The position numbers were made by a program, and so were the translations under genes. Under the pieces are notes generated by a model. The model did not search any database. It saw nothing but the letters and a program-made list of their open reading frames with translations, and was not told the DNA's origin. A stretch of 64,000 nt of DNA, taken from assembly GCA_964016885.1 (NCBI GenBank), contig OZ024741.1, positions 378,944,001 to 379,008,000 of the forward strand. The letters are read 5' to 3'. Positions 1-14,700 of the stretch are shown piece after piece. The stretch is from Eledone cirrhosa (taxonomy: Eukaryota). Each line of letters begins with the position of its first letter. Position 1 is the first letter of the stretch.

Positions 1-451
1 AACAAATCAGAAATGTCTGCACTTAAAAGTATACAAAATGATAAAACAATAATAATTAAACAAGCAGATAAAGGGTGTGCAGATGTTATAATGGATCCTG
101 AATACTACAACTATTTGATTGAGGAACAACTCAAAGACAAAACATTCTATCATGAAAAACCGTTAAATATAGACCACAGCATCATGAAGAAGATCAACAA
201 CCTGGCTTCAAAATACCACAACTCGCTTACTGATAAGGAAAGAGACTAACTACATCACCAATTTTGAGCCCAAACCCAGAAACCTGTATGGCCTACCGAA
301 AGTTCATAAGTCAAAAGAAATCCAACTGGCAGTAAAAGAACAAAACATTGAGCACATTAAATTACTACACCCAAAATACTTAAAACTTAGACCTATTATA
401 GCTGGTCCAATATGCCCTACCCACCGTCTAAGCAATTTTGTTGACATTATT

Positions 452-1675
452 TTGAAACCACTATTTATTCACATACCCAGTTTCATCCGGGATTATATCG
501 ACTTCCTGTCCCATCTTCCCCAAACCACGGAAACGAATTCACTTCTACTTAGTTTTGATGTGGTAAGCCTTTACACCAACATTACACATGGTTTAGGAAT
601 AAAGGCAGTAAAATACTGGGTGGAAAAACATAGAGAAGTGATTCCCACCAGATTCAAAGCGCCATTTATATTAAACGCAGTGATACTTATTCTGGAAAAC
701 AACGCTTTCTTCTTCAATGAAAATAATTACATCCAAATTAAAGGCCCAGCGATGGCAACGAAGTTTGCTCCCGTTTACACAAACTCTGTAATGGCATACT
801 TAGAACAACAACTCTATCAAGAAATAGAGGAAAAATATAGCACTGACTTTAGAAAGTACATTGAAAAATCTTGGAAGAGATACCTTGTCGACTGTTTCAT
901 CATCTGGACAGAATATTTAGATACTCTGGATGAGTTCAATATCCTCCTGAATAACCTACACCCATCTCTCAAATTCACAAAAGAGATGAGTAGTACCAAA
1001 TTACCATTGCTTGATATAATGGTAATCACTAACGACACCACCATTACCACGGATATATATTATAAACACAGAGACACCCATCAATATCTGAATTGTACGT
1101 CGTGCCAGCCACCTCATACAAAACGCAACATCCCATTCTGCCTATCCAGAAGAATTTGTACCATTGTAGAAGATACGAATACCAGGAACAACCGCCTACC
1201 AGAACTGAGAGAATGTTTGCTCAAACAAAAATACCCATCTCTACTTATAGAAAATGGCATACAGCGGGCTATAAAAATACCTATACAACAACTTAGGACA
1301 ACTCAAGGAAGAAGAAACCAAGAACTGTTAATACCATTTATAATGACACACAACCTAAGTCACCAGAATATCTTCAACACTACCAAAGCAAACCTAGCGA
1401 TCATTGCTCAAAGTAATGAAATAAAAGGCTTAATCACAGACCAATCTATGACTCTTAGTAAAAGACAGCCGAAAAATGTGAAGCAATTACTAACAAAAGC
1501 AAAGTTTGACCTTAACAACAAAGACCAATTATTCACTGTATCTAAATGCAATGATAGTCGATGTGGCACATGTCAATCCATACACATCGGTCAATATATG
1601 AACACAAAAACTGGAGATAATATTCCCAAATGCAAATATGAACTGCAAAAGCAGAAATCTAATTTACTGCATTAA
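452..1675 (+). pseudogene. PLE reverse transcriptase remnant
   Basis: PLE RT motifs A/B/C plus thumb; catalytic YxDD altered to YLVD; stops/frameshifts on both sides. Confidence 0.9.
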
Positions 1676-2274
1676 ATGCCCGAATTGTGAAGAATTATAT
1701 GTCAGTCAAACTGGAAATGCACTATCGGAACGTGCACGGGTGCAACGACATCAAATCAGAGACCCAAATGTCTGTCAGCAACATGTGGTCAGAAAATATT
1801 TATAATATTTCCATTCTACAAATTACACAGCCCACGGGAAATCAAGAGTAAAATCAAAGAAAAGAATTTTATTGATAAATTCCAACCCAAGCTAAATGAA
1901 CAATAATAATAGGGGATTACTCCTACTATGACTATGACTACGACCATGTCGACTACCACCACTGCTAACAACAACAGCAACAATAATAATAATAACTGGT
2001 GTTGATGGTGATGATTACTTGAAAATGGTATGTTTATCATTTCTAAATATAGCAAAACAATTGATTCTTTGGATAGGGTCAATAGAAGTCGTTAGACATG
2101 CTCAACCGATAGTGACGCCTAAACCAATCAGCTTTAGTAAACCAGTTAAACTACACACCGATTGGTCGAAATACAGTTTGCAAAATAGAGCATTCCGTAA
2201 CCACTTTTCACTGTACACAATTTACCCATCTCATTAAAGTTGAAAATTGCAAACTTGACTGTCACCACAGAATA

Positions 2275-2313
2275 TGAACCTGAAGATTGCGAAAGCATGA
2301 AAGTACTTGTTTA
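2275..2313 (+). ncRNA. Minimal type I hammerhead ribozyme at PLE 3' end
   Basis: tgaac-CTGAAGA-t.tgc gaaa gca.t-GAA-AGTACT-T-gttta: helix I tgaac/gttta, palindromic helix III AGTACT, triplet CUU. Confidence 0.7.
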
Positions 2314-2332
2314 ATTAACACTTAACATTTAC

Positions 2333-2413
2333 TTGTTTCTATTTTAGGCACAAGGCCAGCAATTAACCAGTACATTACTGGTATTTTATATTATCGACCC
2401 CGTAAGGATGAAA
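2333..2413 (-). mobile_element. MetaSINE fragment (3' part)
   Basis: Matches 3' half of the 41338-41528 copy. Confidence 0.8.
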
Positions 2414-2646
2414 CGCATTCTACCATACTAGTTCATTCTAATGCCATTATAATTTTAAAGGATTGTAAATAAAACGAGTAAATGAGACAAAGTTGGAATT
2501 CCTTTTATTAATATAATCTTCTATACACAATCATACATACCCGTGTATATATATATGTAAAAGGTAAACAGGAATAACAACACAATCGGTACAGTATATG
2601 GAAGATATATATTAGGTTACCGCTTAATATATATGGCAGGAAGAGG

Positions 2647-2685
2647 GTCTTAACGTTTCGGGCGCTTGTCCTTCATCAGACAAAA
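2647..2685 (-). ncRNA. HHR-like motif in a solo pLTR fragment next to a TA tract
   Basis: Minus strand reads CTGATGA-aggac aagc gccc-GAAA-cg-TTA; helix I is poor. Confidence 0.5.
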
Positions 2686-2806
2686 GAATGGGAAATAAAA
2701 TAGATTAAGGAAGCCGGCGGGTTGGAATTGGAAAAAATGTCTTTAGATAAACATAACTGGTCCATTCATGTTTAAATCTCTTGCAAAACTGTTGGTGCTG
2801 GCGTTT

Positions 2807-2889
2807 TGTGTATGGGGGTGTGTGTGGGTGTGTGGGTGTGGGTGTGTGTGTGTGTATGTGTGTGTGGGTGTGTGTGTGGGTGTGTGTGT

Positions 2890-2936
<47 letters not shown>

Positions 2937-2942
2937 TGTGTG
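2807..2942. repeat. (GT)n microsatellite
   Basis: Direct reading. Confidence 0.97.
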
Positions 2943-4546
2943 CATACACAAACACACACACACATATATATTAATTATCTTACGGGGTAATGAATCTTTG
3001 AAATTATAAATCATATCTTAAAGTGTTCGCTAATCAAATACTGCATTTACAATAATCGGACACGAAACATATTACAAATATCAAACAAATTTAATGGCTA
3101 TAGTCAGTGTGTTGTGTGAATTGAACTACTGTTTTATATTGGAAGGTGATAGCATTGAAAAAGATGTCTCCGTTCTTAAGTGTTGAGTGGTATATTTCTT
3201 CCCCATTTATCCTGATATACTTTTTTTTATATGGACAATAATGATAGAATAAGTATCATGACTTCATCACATAATTAGTACACATCCAGCCAGAAAACAC
3301 ACTATTTTGCACAAATAAGATTTGAGACATCAATTGCATGGCAATACTCGTTATTTCCTGCGATCTGCGATTACGATTCTCCTACTACATTTTTAGAATA
3401 TATAGCATATGATTTGAAATATTGTAGATTTACGGAACTGTTTCCTTTTATATACATAGGGAACGTTGGATTAATATCTGCTTAATCCAATAATCAATCC
3501 TAATGGCCAAGTTGTGATTTCATTAAAGGATGTAAAATTGTAATTTTGCTCATGCATCTGAGTCTTCTCCAGAGACATAAGTTTAATGCCCTTCTCAAAT
3601 ATGTCTGGAAAAAAAGTGTAAATGCAATTCTAAATATGAAGGATATCTGCATAAAGTGCGTCTTTATCTTGAGAAAAATTACTTTCTTTCTCTTTAAAAT
3701 CTACACTTGATATAATATATTTATACTAATATGTTAGCAGGAAACTAATGAATAATTGCCTGTTGAAGTGACTGAATAGACTCCATATCCTATCACCTCT
3801 TAATTGTTTTCCTTTGTCTCAAATAACTCCCTCTGTCTCAAATAACTCCCTTAGCTACAGGTTCTGATGACACCTCATTACGTAGACACATTGTGTTTTT
3901 ACTTTCATAATTAAAGTACCAATGATTATTTTCCACACCGAACTAAATGTTCAGTAATGTTTCAGTAATGTTCAAATTTAAATTATGTGCCATATATTCA
4001 CCGAACACAAAACTATGGATCGTAAAAATATAAACATGTCCAGCCTCTGCAGGATTCCATTAATCTTTCTCATGCCCGGGGCTTCTCTTTCTCTCAATCT
4101 CGTTCTATCTCTATCAGCCTCTGTCTTGTTTCCCACTCTCTTTCCAAAATACAAAGAAAGAATGAGTGCGAAATCTAAAACAAATAAATATATTATTGCA
4201 CTGAAACATAGAATAACTAAGATATTGTGCCGAGCATGATACTAACTGTGTTTCCCTCAAGGCTGTGAAGACATAAAAGGGAGAGGGAACTTAAATTATA
4301 GCAGGTTCCATATGAATTTGCCTTATTACAATTATGTTGTAAAATCCGATCCACAATCCTTTACTCATATTTTAATTAACTATTTCGCAACAGTATTGCT
4401 ATTTTCATTAAAACCTCCCTGCCAATATTAGTTTGTAACAAAATGATCCAGAGTGCATAGCGAGCATGTTTCACTATTATACAAATTAATGCATTCTATA
4501 TATTTATTCAATGGAAAAAAATTGCTGACATAAATATTAAATATAA

Positions 4547-4547
<1 letters not shown>

Positions 4548-4577
<30 letters not shown>

Positions 4578-4653
4578 CTTCTTCTTCTTCTTCTTCTTCT
4601 TCTTCTTCTTCTTCTTCTTCTTCTTCTTCTTCTTCTTCTTCTTCTTCTACTTC
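4548..4653. repeat. (CTT)n microsatellite; probable (GAA)n 3' tail of the adjacent minus-strand LINE
   Basis: About 35 CTT units directly abutting the LINE 3' end. Confidence 0.9.
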
Positions 4654-7000
4654 AACATATCCCTGAGAGGGTAAGAGGGGGCACAGTCCTCAAACATTCC
4701 TCTCTGCAATATCTATCAGAAGTAGCCATCAACAATTGATCCGTATGGATTCCTCGCCATGACCAGGCGAGTTCATGGATGTTATCCAAACATCATGTTC
4801 GAGGAACTAATGCGAGTAGATTTTAACCGTAACATTTTCCTGCGATTTTTTCCTGAGATATGCCCGTGATATAACAGATGTGATTCCTCCTTTCATAGAC
4901 GTGAAGACTCTACCTGTAGTGATTATGTGATCTGCGAGTTATGTACTATTGCAAAACTGTTTCTACTTTTTGCATAAGGCCATCAATTATCCCAGTGAAT
5001 AACTGGTACTTTATTTTATCAACCCCGTAAGGATGAATGGCAGGGTTAACCTCCGCGGGATTTGAACTCCGACCGCAAAGGCCTGTACCTCTGTGCTGCA
5101 AAGCATGGCGTCCAACCCTCTACCGATACTACTAATCTACCGCACTGGACCATTCGATAACGGTTTTTGAAAAGCCATTTCGGACACTTGTAAACGCGAT
5201 CGAATTCTTTCGATCATTACGCAAATTCGTTGACCATATATAAGGGATGGCATGAATATTGAACTGAATATATTGAGTTTGGCTTGTATAGCTACTTCCC
5301 TTCTTCTGATTACTGAACTCCGAATTTGGCGCATTACTGCACTAGCTCCTTTAATATTTACACTTAATTCTACTACCTGCCTTCCATAATTCGTAATGGT
5401 GTCGAGATATTTGAACGATTCACCTGTTTCATTATAACCAACTCAAATGTAAAATGCATTGCGCAGGACGAATGTTGCAGTCTTCGCAGCATTAATTTTC
5501 ATTCCAGCCGTGCAGCACTCGTCATCTAACGTATGAAGTGCATGTCGCCTGCAAATTCCGGTCGGCTGCGCATGTCAATCTAGTTCATATATTTTATGAA
5601 CAGGAGATAGAACAGTTCACACCATTATTTGTGTCCGAGTCCTACCTTGAATGGTTTCGATTTAGCAGCATTTATTAGAATATAAGTAATGGATCATTCG
5701 TATAGGATCATCAGGGCAACAGGAACCTGTAGATCGAAACAATATTGTTGGGGAACCTTCCACAACAAGTCCTGCGATATATGGTCGTAGTATACCTTTT
5801 GGACGTGTATGAACCATGCCTATATATCGTGACAGTATTCCCACAATTTCTCAAAAACCTGCAGCAGTGTGAACATTTGGACAGCCGTACTTCGTGCGGG
5901 GCAAACTCCACGTTCTCAGATATCCTGGACTCGACAATTTCCCCATATCACTTTACTAGACACTTAGCATTGTCTTTACTGGTGAGGCTTAACATGAAGA
6001 TTCCCCTATAATTGGGGCAATCTGTCTTGTCACCTATTTAGAAAATTTGGATCAACCTCGATTGCCATTGTTTGGGTGCCTTTCAACAGAGCCAGTTCAC
6101 CCGGCACACACCAGTGAGCCAGGAAATAGCATCTCTATTTCATGCTTTTAATATCGACGGTCGTATTTCATACTTCCTTACGACCTTGATACATTGAAAC
6201 TTGTTAATTATTAATGTGGCCTTAGACTCGTGGAGATCATGCATTCCTGCCAGATACACTAACTCAATATCGAATTATAGTATTTAGACCGGATTAAGGC
6301 GATCTGCGAATTATCGTTTCCGTTTCGCGAGTATGCAACACTATGAAGGTCCGGAGGAAGACTTCTAATTACGAAGATGGCGGATGGTAAAGCAAAGATT
6401 TATTTGCAGATCTGATGTCCGATTCCGGTCAAATCTCCATAGCTTCCTATGTCTTAGCTTAGGACGCATTTACTCTCGCTGTTGTGAACGTTCGCGGCTT
6501 CTCGTATCGCTCGTACAAGAAGGAGAATTATTTTCAAGCCAAGATTTGTATGTCTAAATCTTTGCACAGATTGCATCTTTCGCACTTGATTGAAAAAAAA
6601 GGTGACCTCCTCTCACTTAACCCACACCAGTCGGATTTAGCCAGTTGAAGCAGGAACTTCCCATGTAATCAATCACCAGTCCCTTTCGGCCTCTTCAGAT
6701 TGCTCATAGATGTTTCTGAAATTCGATGCAACAGTATCCACTTACCTTGATCTGACTTCGGTATCTGCCAAACCTTCCCTTATTTTGCTGTAGGCCGACC
6801 TGGACGTGTCAGGTTTGTAGGCTTCATTTATTTATGTAGTCTCGGTTTGCAGATAACTAGATGGTGATCAGATTATAGCAAAGCCCCTCTCATGATAGGA
6901 ACATATTACACAGACTCGAAAAGATCAGAACAAATATCGAAATCAATTATTGATATCTGTCACCGATTTTGTTTGTAACATGCATACTGAAGAATACTTT
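4654..7000 (-). mobile_element. Decayed RTE-like LINE (APE + RT), interrupted by a SINE
   Basis: Minus-strand motif relics in the expected order: DH of APE (~6865), GDKTDCPNYRGI (~6010), RSTAVQMFT (~5880), FAGD for FADD (~5550), FKYLD (~5410), AKLNIFSSIFMPSLIYG...RLQVSEM (ORF 5137-5334). Confidence 0.8.
4957..5143 (-). mobile_element. MetaSINE, near full length, nested in the RTE LINE
   Basis: Same family as 41338-41528. Confidence 0.85.
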
Positions 7001-7411
7001 TTTTCTGGAAATGGTATTCATAGTACAAAGCCCATTACTGGAACAGGAGTCTAAAATGGCCGCTCCGTAACCGAATGATCTAACAAACCCTTTGGCTATC
7101 AGGTGGCCAATGCCAACATGTGCACAAATGTAAATATGAAAATGTAAACATTATTTCAAGCGAATTAAATATTTCTTGCTTCAAATGTTAATTACATCCA
7201 TATATCTATTTTAATATTCTTGACATTTTAACAAACGTCGTTGGCGTGTTCTTTTGCCTATAAATATTATTGATATATGTATGTTCATTCTGGTCAAGCC
7301 ACTTGATGTACTGATTGCATATGCACTACTTCATTCCATGAGTTTCTTTCTCTATTTGGTATGGTTATGCATTCATACATTCAGTGTAACGGTTTCTGCA
7401 TTTAGCCTAAA

Positions 7412-7600
7412 ATAATTGTTTCTACATTTGGCTCAATGCCAACAATTATCCCAGTGCATTACTAGTAATTTAGTTTATCGACCCCGTAAGGATGAAAGGC
7501 AAAGTTAACCTCGGGAGGATTTGAACTCAGATCATAAAGAAAGGTAAATCTATGCGTCAAATCATGGCGCCCGGCCCTCTACCGATACTGCTAATCCAAT
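7412..7600 (-). mobile_element. MetaSINE
   Basis: Same family as 41338-41528. Confidence 0.85.
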
Positions 7601-8159
7601 AAAATAATGAGTGATATTTTGTTTCCGTCGTAAGTACTTCATCTCCCTGAACTGCTGTAATATATTGACTATGAATCGTATGATTTCTCCTCAATATATG
7701 TTTTATTCCTATTTTGAATCTGTTTTGAACATTTGTCATTTTCCTTAAGACATTCACTCCCGTTTGGTTACATAATTCTTCACTTATGTCAATATTAGTA
7801 ACATTTATTAAACTTCACGTGTATTTCTATTAGTAATAAATGTTGTTTCCGTCTTGCGTTTTATATTTTGCTTTAGTTTCTATTTGAATGACGACCCTTT
7901 GTGTATGGTGAATGTATATTTGATACCCATTAGCTGTGTGGCGGTGTCTCCGAACGTATATAAGTACTTTGGATGCGTTTTCAATATGTGGTTTACAGAT
8001 AACGTGGGTTAAATCCCAAATGATACACTTAAGAGTAATGTGTATGTTTTTAACATATGAACATAATATGACATGTAATATTCTGCAATATTGATATATA
8101 TGTGATTTATATTTACATATAACATTACAGAACCTCTATAATTACTACTAGCAGGATTA

Positions 8160-8332
8160 GGGCGGTGGATTGGCAGTGTCACTAGATCGTCGGATACCAC
8201 GCTTTGCAGCATATAGGTAAGGCCGTTTACGGTATGAGATCCAATCCCGCCGAATAATGCACTAGGTCGATTTAATCTAATTTCTACTCCCCTCAAATTG
8301 TTGGCCTTGTACCTAAATTAGCAATCATTATT
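8160..8332 (+). mobile_element. MetaSINE-related copy, diverged and internally deleted
   Basis: Head ggcggtggattggcagtgtc, B-box relic gagatccaatcccgccga, tail ggccttgtacctaaattag. Confidence 0.65.
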
Positions 8333-8887
8333 ACTTGCAGGATTATGGTGATAGTTCGGCGAAATCATTTCATGTGTTTCTCCAGAATCTATATGATCAC
8401 AACTGAAATGCAGACGATTCAATTTTATATTTCATCCTTGCAGATTCCTTGAAATATTGTAGCATTCAAGCAGTGGTATCTATGTAATTGTCTTTTCCTT
8501 TCTTTCAGAAATCGTTGTTTTTTATTAGATTCGAAAAATGCATTGGCAACATCTATTAAGGTTTAACCAAAATATATTTAATTATTTATTCACGTCTCTC
8601 GCATTACTGTATTCGGAATTCATCAGAGTAACATTTTACATTAATTCTTTCTGGGTCTATGAAATAATTTCCAGTGACATACTGAGAATTGATCTAATCG
8701 TTTTCGCGTATAGTTTTCATTTTCACTTATCATCATCTGCGATATAAGTTGGGAAACATAATTTATGTTATTTGCCAATGATCATTTTAGTTTGAGTAAT
8801 CTAGAATTGCTGCAAATTAAATTAACTAAGTGGAATTCTGCACCAAAACCTTTGTTTATGGAAACTCAGTGTTTCATGTTTACGTTA

Positions 8888-8913
8888 TTATATATATATA
8901 TATATATAGATAT

Positions 8914-8971
<58 letters not shown>
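8888..8971. repeat. (TA)n microsatellite
   Basis: Direct reading; many more (TA)n tracts occur from 26.9 kb onward. Confidence 0.97.
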
Positions 8972-8974
<3 letters not shown>

Positions 8975-9984
8975 TTATTCGGGAGACCGGGGATATTGCT
9001 TTTTACAGCTAATTGACCCCTGATGAGACTGACGACTTGAAGGTTTAATAAATCGCCTACTATGACTGGCATCTGCATCATCGCCGTCATCACCATAAAA
9101 TCTTTATCGATATCATCATTATTACCATGATTATTACTGTTTCTTTTTTCCAGTAATAATGGCACTATACATTATCTCCATCAACATTGTAATTATTCAT
9201 AAGGGAAAACAAATATAATAGATTAACTCGCATTAACGGTATATTAAGAAGCTATGCACTATGAATTTATTACCTTGGATTTATTCCTCTTAATTTTCGA
9301 ATGTAATTAGCATCATGTGATTAATTAGATTTTATAGAATAAATTCATCTGTACTTGTTCTTTTTTTATTTCTTTTAACTGTTAATACATTTAATTCATA
9401 CGCATTTCAATTCACACACCACTCATCCATTTCTCCAAATCCTTCATTTATTATTTTGTCCATTACAAGTATCAATGTATTGATTGCATACATCCTGCTT
9501 CATTTCATTAGTTTCTTTCTCTATTTAATTCCTATTTCTGTTTATCGCTTTGCATTCATACATTGAGTGTAAAGATTACTGCATTTAGACTAACATGTTG
9601 AGTGATAGTTTGCCTTCTATCGTACGTACTTCATCTCCATTCAGTGCTGTAATATATTGTCCATGATCAATATGTTAAAGCACAATTAACGAACGTTAAA
9701 TGTGTTATCACTCAATTTAACGTGTATTAAATACTGCCCAATGAAAGATGCAGGTCACTTACTCAAATATTTATATTCGCTTCACATGTTCTGTTAAATA
9801 ACGAAAATATCGAGAAATCAGAAAATCTAACGTTTGCCATGGAAGCAACTAATAATTGCCAGTATCCAATTATATGATTTTAGTATCAATTATGTTGTTC
9901 CTAATCTTCGCTGCTAACAAGAAGGTTTAAACATGAACTTTTTTTTTGAAAGCTGCCAGACAGACACTTAATTTCATAAGCTGA

Positions 9985-11689
9985 AGAATTGATGTTAGTT
10001 AAATGGACAGTTTGTTCAAATGAATATCAAGCCACTACCTGCAGCCTCAGATATTCAGGCCGTATCGGAGGGTTCTTTCTGTTCCCAGTAAACATGTCTT
10101 TTGAAGCGTTCCAAAACGCGTGAAGGGGCCAATTTTCTTTAACCATCCCTGGAAACTTTTTGAGATAGTCCCTAGTGCGCCTATGACAATCGGGATCACT
10201 TTGACTTCATGGCAGTTCCAAATCCTTTTTACCTCCCACTTTAAGTCCTGGTATCGGTTAATTTTCTCCCTCTCCTTCTCTTGCACTCTCGTGTCGAATG
10301 GGCAGGCCATATCCACAATCAGACACGATCTTTTTTCTTTGTCCACAACCACCAGGTCAGGTCTATTGTGTTCCAGTTTCTTGTCCGTCTGTATCCTAAA
10401 ATCCCACAGCACCTTCACCTGATTGTTTTCTATCAACGCCTCTGGCTTAAGCTCATACCACTTCTCAGAATGTGGTAAATTGTTTACTTTGCATAGGTGC
10501 CAGTGGATCACCCTGCCCATCACATCAGCCCTTATAGTGAGTCTGGGCTAGGTGTTTACACTCGGATACAATGTGAGCCACAGTCTCCTCTCTCTCTCCA
10601 CAGATCCTGCACAGTGGGCTAGCCTTCTCCTTGTAAATATGGTGTTTCAACCACTTCGTTTTGAGGGCCTGCTCCTGCGCAGCCCTTAACATTCCTTCTG
10701 TAGCCTTTTTAAGGTCTCCTCTTTTCAACCAGTTCCATGTCTGTGGATCTCTAAATTCAGTTTTCTCAAAGAAGGTACTATGAAGGGATTTTTCCTGAAG
10801 GCTGCTCTTTCTCCTTGATGTTCCTCCTTGGACATCCCCTGGCCTATTGTCCCCTCCTTCAGTACAGTTCTGAGCATTGGCTCCTTACTATCAGTCACGT
10901 ATTTGTGTAGGTTGTTTTTCTCCATCTGAACACAGTCCCCTATGCTGATAATACCTCTTCCACCCTCAGATCTCCTTAAGTAGAATCTATTGACATCACT
11001 CCTCTTGTGGAACATGTTGTAGATAGTCAATAGCTTCCTAGTCTTCCTATCCATTTCTTTCTGTTCAGCAACATTCCATCTGAGAATTCCCGCACTGTAC
11101 CTAATAATATACACAGCTCGGGAATTTACTGCACTTATGGCATTCCTACTGTTCAGATGTGACTTTAATACGCTCCTATTCTCCGAATGTATTCAGTTCT
11201 TAACAATTCCTTCATTTTTTTTGTTCTTGATGTCATCAGGCTCCAGAACGCCCAAATAACTGTATCCTTCTTCAGAGTCAATTTCCTTTATCATCTCACC
11301 CGTTGGTACCTGGATTCCGTTACTTCTGCTCAACTTACCCCTCTTCATCACAATGACTCCACACTTACTAATACCAATGTTCATACATATATCATTGGAG
11401 AAAATACGGAGAGTGTGAACAAGCACATCCAACTCCTTCTCACTCTTCCCGAAGAGCTTAAGATCGTCCATGAATAGGAGGTGATTGATGGTAAGCTCTC
11501 CCTTTCCCAACCTGTATCCTGCTCTCACTTTTCGCAGTACACTGGTCAGGGGCATCAGGGCAAGGACAAACAACAGAGGGGATAGACTATCTCCCTGGAA
11601 GATACCTCTCATGATCTTCACGCTTCCCAAAGATTCTCCAGTTGATGTTTCCCAGGACTTCATACTTTTGCCCAGCAACTGTCTGATGT
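9985..11689 (-). mobile_element. R4/Dong-like RLE non-LTR retrotransposon, family A, 5'-truncated
   Basis: GIFQGDSLSPLLF, LFMDD, YSYLG, EGGRG, CRIC..ETVAHIVSEC zinc knuckle, WDF, NRPDLVV..IVD, KINRY restriction-like endonuclease; frameshifted. Confidence 0.9.
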
Positions 11690-11707
11690 TTATTATTATT
11701 ATTATTA

Positions 11708-14700
11708 CAGTTGCATTTATCTTGCTTTATGTTCATACGAGTTATCACCAAGTCACAACGAGTGACCTCAAGAGACAACAAGGTCCGCCATGTTCAAGAA
11801 AGAACATACATACTCACACATGCATCTTTAGTGTTTAGACTTGTGATGTAATTATATTGACAGAATCTTCCTTAGTATATGGGCAGTTCCCATTAGTACT
11901 ATCTTTTGTATTTCTCCTATACGCGGGTTTCCTGGGATTTGCGATAAGTAATCAATAGACCCCTTATGTGTCATTCCCAGAGCGCCTACAACCACTGTTA
12001 TTGTTTTAGTTCTCAATTTCCACATTTTTCCAATTTCTATCTCCAGGTCCTTATACTTGCTCAATTTTTCAAATGTTTTTATAGATACATTCTTGTCTAT
12101 TGGAACAGACATATCAATTAGCAGGCATACCGTCTTTTTAAAGTCTTTCAATATTATATCAGGTCTATTTGCATCTATTTTTCGGTCTGTTTGGGTGTGA
12201 TCTTTGAGATGTGATCTTTTTCAAGTATGGGAGATGGTTGATGCTCCTACCAATTCTTTTGATGGGGCAGGTCAAAATGCTTACACATTATCCAGTGTAT
12301 GTATTGTGCAGCTCTGTCATGCCCGTTTAGGTATTCGGTTGGAGCTATAGGACTGCACATTGAAATTATATGGTCAATGGTCTCTGGTTGTTTTTTACAT
12401 ACACGGCATAATGGGCTGCATCCATTTTTTATTATGTTGGCTTGGTAATTTTTTGTTGGCAGACACTGATCTTGTGCTGATATAATCAGTCCTTAAGTCT
12501 CCGATTTCAGTCCAGAGGATGCCAACCACTGATGGGTTAAAGTTTTGTCAACATCAGGATTGTTAGCTCGCTCTGGGTATTTTCCATACAGAGGCTTTTC
12601 TTGCCATTTCTTAGCCAGTTTCTGTAGCAGTTCTTTCTTTGCAGTTACTTTTACCTGCTTTGCTTTTTCTGTGTTTTCCATTTCAGCAGTAAATGGGACT
12701 TCTGAAATTTGTAGTCCATTACTGTATCTTTGTGCATATATTGTAATGGAATATGATCTTTTGATGCTTTCGTGTTTCAAAACGTGTTTGATCATCCAAT
12801 CATGTGATTCCCTTAGATATGTAGATAATCCAATTGTCGCAGTTTTCAACGCAATGTCTAACTGGATTAACCAACATCCTCCTTCTTTCCTAGGGAGATA
12901 TATTATATCTATATCTGCCTTAGGGTGATGCATTCTGTGCATGGTTAAGAATTTTCGAATTTTTGTATCGAGCCTACGGATCTCTGTGCTTGACCAGTTG
13001 ATGACATTGTAACTGTAGGTTACTACTGGTATGGCAAGCGTGTTTATGGCATCGATTCTATTCCTTGCTTTCAATTCTGTTCTTAAGATTGCTCTTACTC
13101 TGCGGTAACATTCCTTCCTTATCCTTTCCCTCATTGTCGAGTGCTTGATTCCGTCTCCTTCACAAACACCTAGATATTTGTAAGTTTTTTCTTGATCAAG
13201 TTCTCTTATCACGTTCCCCCGATCAAGATTAATGTCTGAACTCTTCAGCAGCTTTCCTATGGTGAACGTTGCTTTGGCGTATTTATCTAGTCCAAACTCC
13301 ATTTTAATGTCATCACTGAACTGCTCCACAGTTGATAATAGCCCTTGCAATTGTTCATCATTTTTTGCAAAAAGTTTCAGGTCATCCATGTAGAACAGGT
13401 GATTAATTGTTTTGTATTAGACTTTATATCTATGTTTTGTTTCATTGAGCATTTTACTTAATGGTATAAGTGCGATGCAGAATAAAAGCGGTTATAAAGA
13501 GTCACCCTGAAAAATTCCACAATTAATATTAACTTCTCCAGCTTCCAGTGATTTTGTTTCACTATCAAAAGGAGTGTCGTTTTCCATGTCATCATACTGA
13601 ATGACAAAAACCTCCTGACAACGGGGGATATTTTGAAAATCTCTAAACATTTTTCAATCCAACTGTGTGGCAAACTATCGAATGCTTTTTTATAATCTAT
13701 CCAAGCAATCGATAGATTTTTGTGTCTATTATGACAATCTTCCAGTATCATTTTATTAACCAGAAGCTGATCCTTACAGCCATATGAGCCTTGTTTACAC
13801 CCTTTTTGCTCAATGGGAAATAGGTCATTTGTTATCAGATGGTCATATGTGTATTCTGTTAGGACTGATGTTAAAATGTTAAAAATTGTGGTCAAGCAAG
13901 TTATCGGTCTGTAATTTTTGGCATTGTTTGTCTCATCATTCTTCGGAAGCAGGAATGTAATGCCGTTAACTAGCCATGATGGTATCTTTTCTGGCTCCTT
14001 AACTATTTCATTGTAAAGTTGGGCTAACAGCTCATGAGACTCTGTGAAGGCATTTATCCAAAAGTTTTGTATTTTGTCTTTTCCTGGGGATCTCCATTTG
14101 CTGGTTTTTCTTAGAGCCAAGCGCAACTGTTCAACTGTTATATTTTCCCATATTTGTTCCTCAAGGTGAGCTGTATCTTTCATTTGTCTGTCTATCCATG
14201 GGGCATGTATGTTATGAACTTTTTCTTCGGCCCAGATCTTTTCCCAGAAATCTTGCACTTCCTCCTTGGGTGGTATTGATTTAGCAGTTATTGTTGACTT
14301 ACCAATTTTTCTGTAGAAGTATCTTTGGCTGTTTTTGCACATATTATTGTCCTTATAGAATCTAGATCGTTTTTCAAAGCGCCTTATACGAGCAGCTTTG
14401 GCCGACACTTTTTGCTTGATTATTTCTATCAGCATGTCTATGTGACATGTTGATTTTATACTGTACTTTTCTTTCAACGTTCTAAGTTTAGTTTGTTTAA
14501 CATGTTCACCTACTTTATAGTTTGTTAACATTTCTATGTCAGATCGGAGAAGGTTTATTTGGCGATTGAGGTTCTCTTGCCAAGTAGATTTCTTGCGGGA
14601 ATTCCTTTGTTTTTTCATCTTCACTCCACATAAGTGAGTGGTGACTTTAGCCGATGCATAATAGAGATGATTTAAATCAGTTATGTTTAGTTTGTTTGTG

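Larger units (their letters stand above)
1..2330 (+). mobile_element. Penelope-like retroelement (RT + C-terminal GIY-YIG), disrupted; 5' part lies outside the window
   Basis: ORF pieces 13-249 (IIKQADKG), ~280-450 (LYGLPKVHK, LRPIIAGP), 452-1675 (SFDVVSLYT, QIKGPAMAT, RYLVD = mutated YxDD, YYKHRDTH). Frameshifted GIY-YIG at ~1657-1900 (NLIYCIKCPNCEELYVSQTG). HHR at the 3' end. Confidence 0.92.

Noticed and set aside
2705-3014. ORFs of HT/CV/YI/LS/RE dipeptide repeats here and throughout the window
   Set aside because: Translations of (GT)n, (TA)n and (GA)n microsatellites
7050-7125. Possible HDV-like ribozyme at the 5' side of the RTE LINE
   Set aside because: Short ttggc/gccaa and tggcc/ggcca pairings exist, but no convincing P3/L3/P1.1 could be fitted
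9015-9050. CTGATGA core matches at 9020, 33643 and 42505
   Set aside because: No adequate helix II/GAAA/helix I pairing
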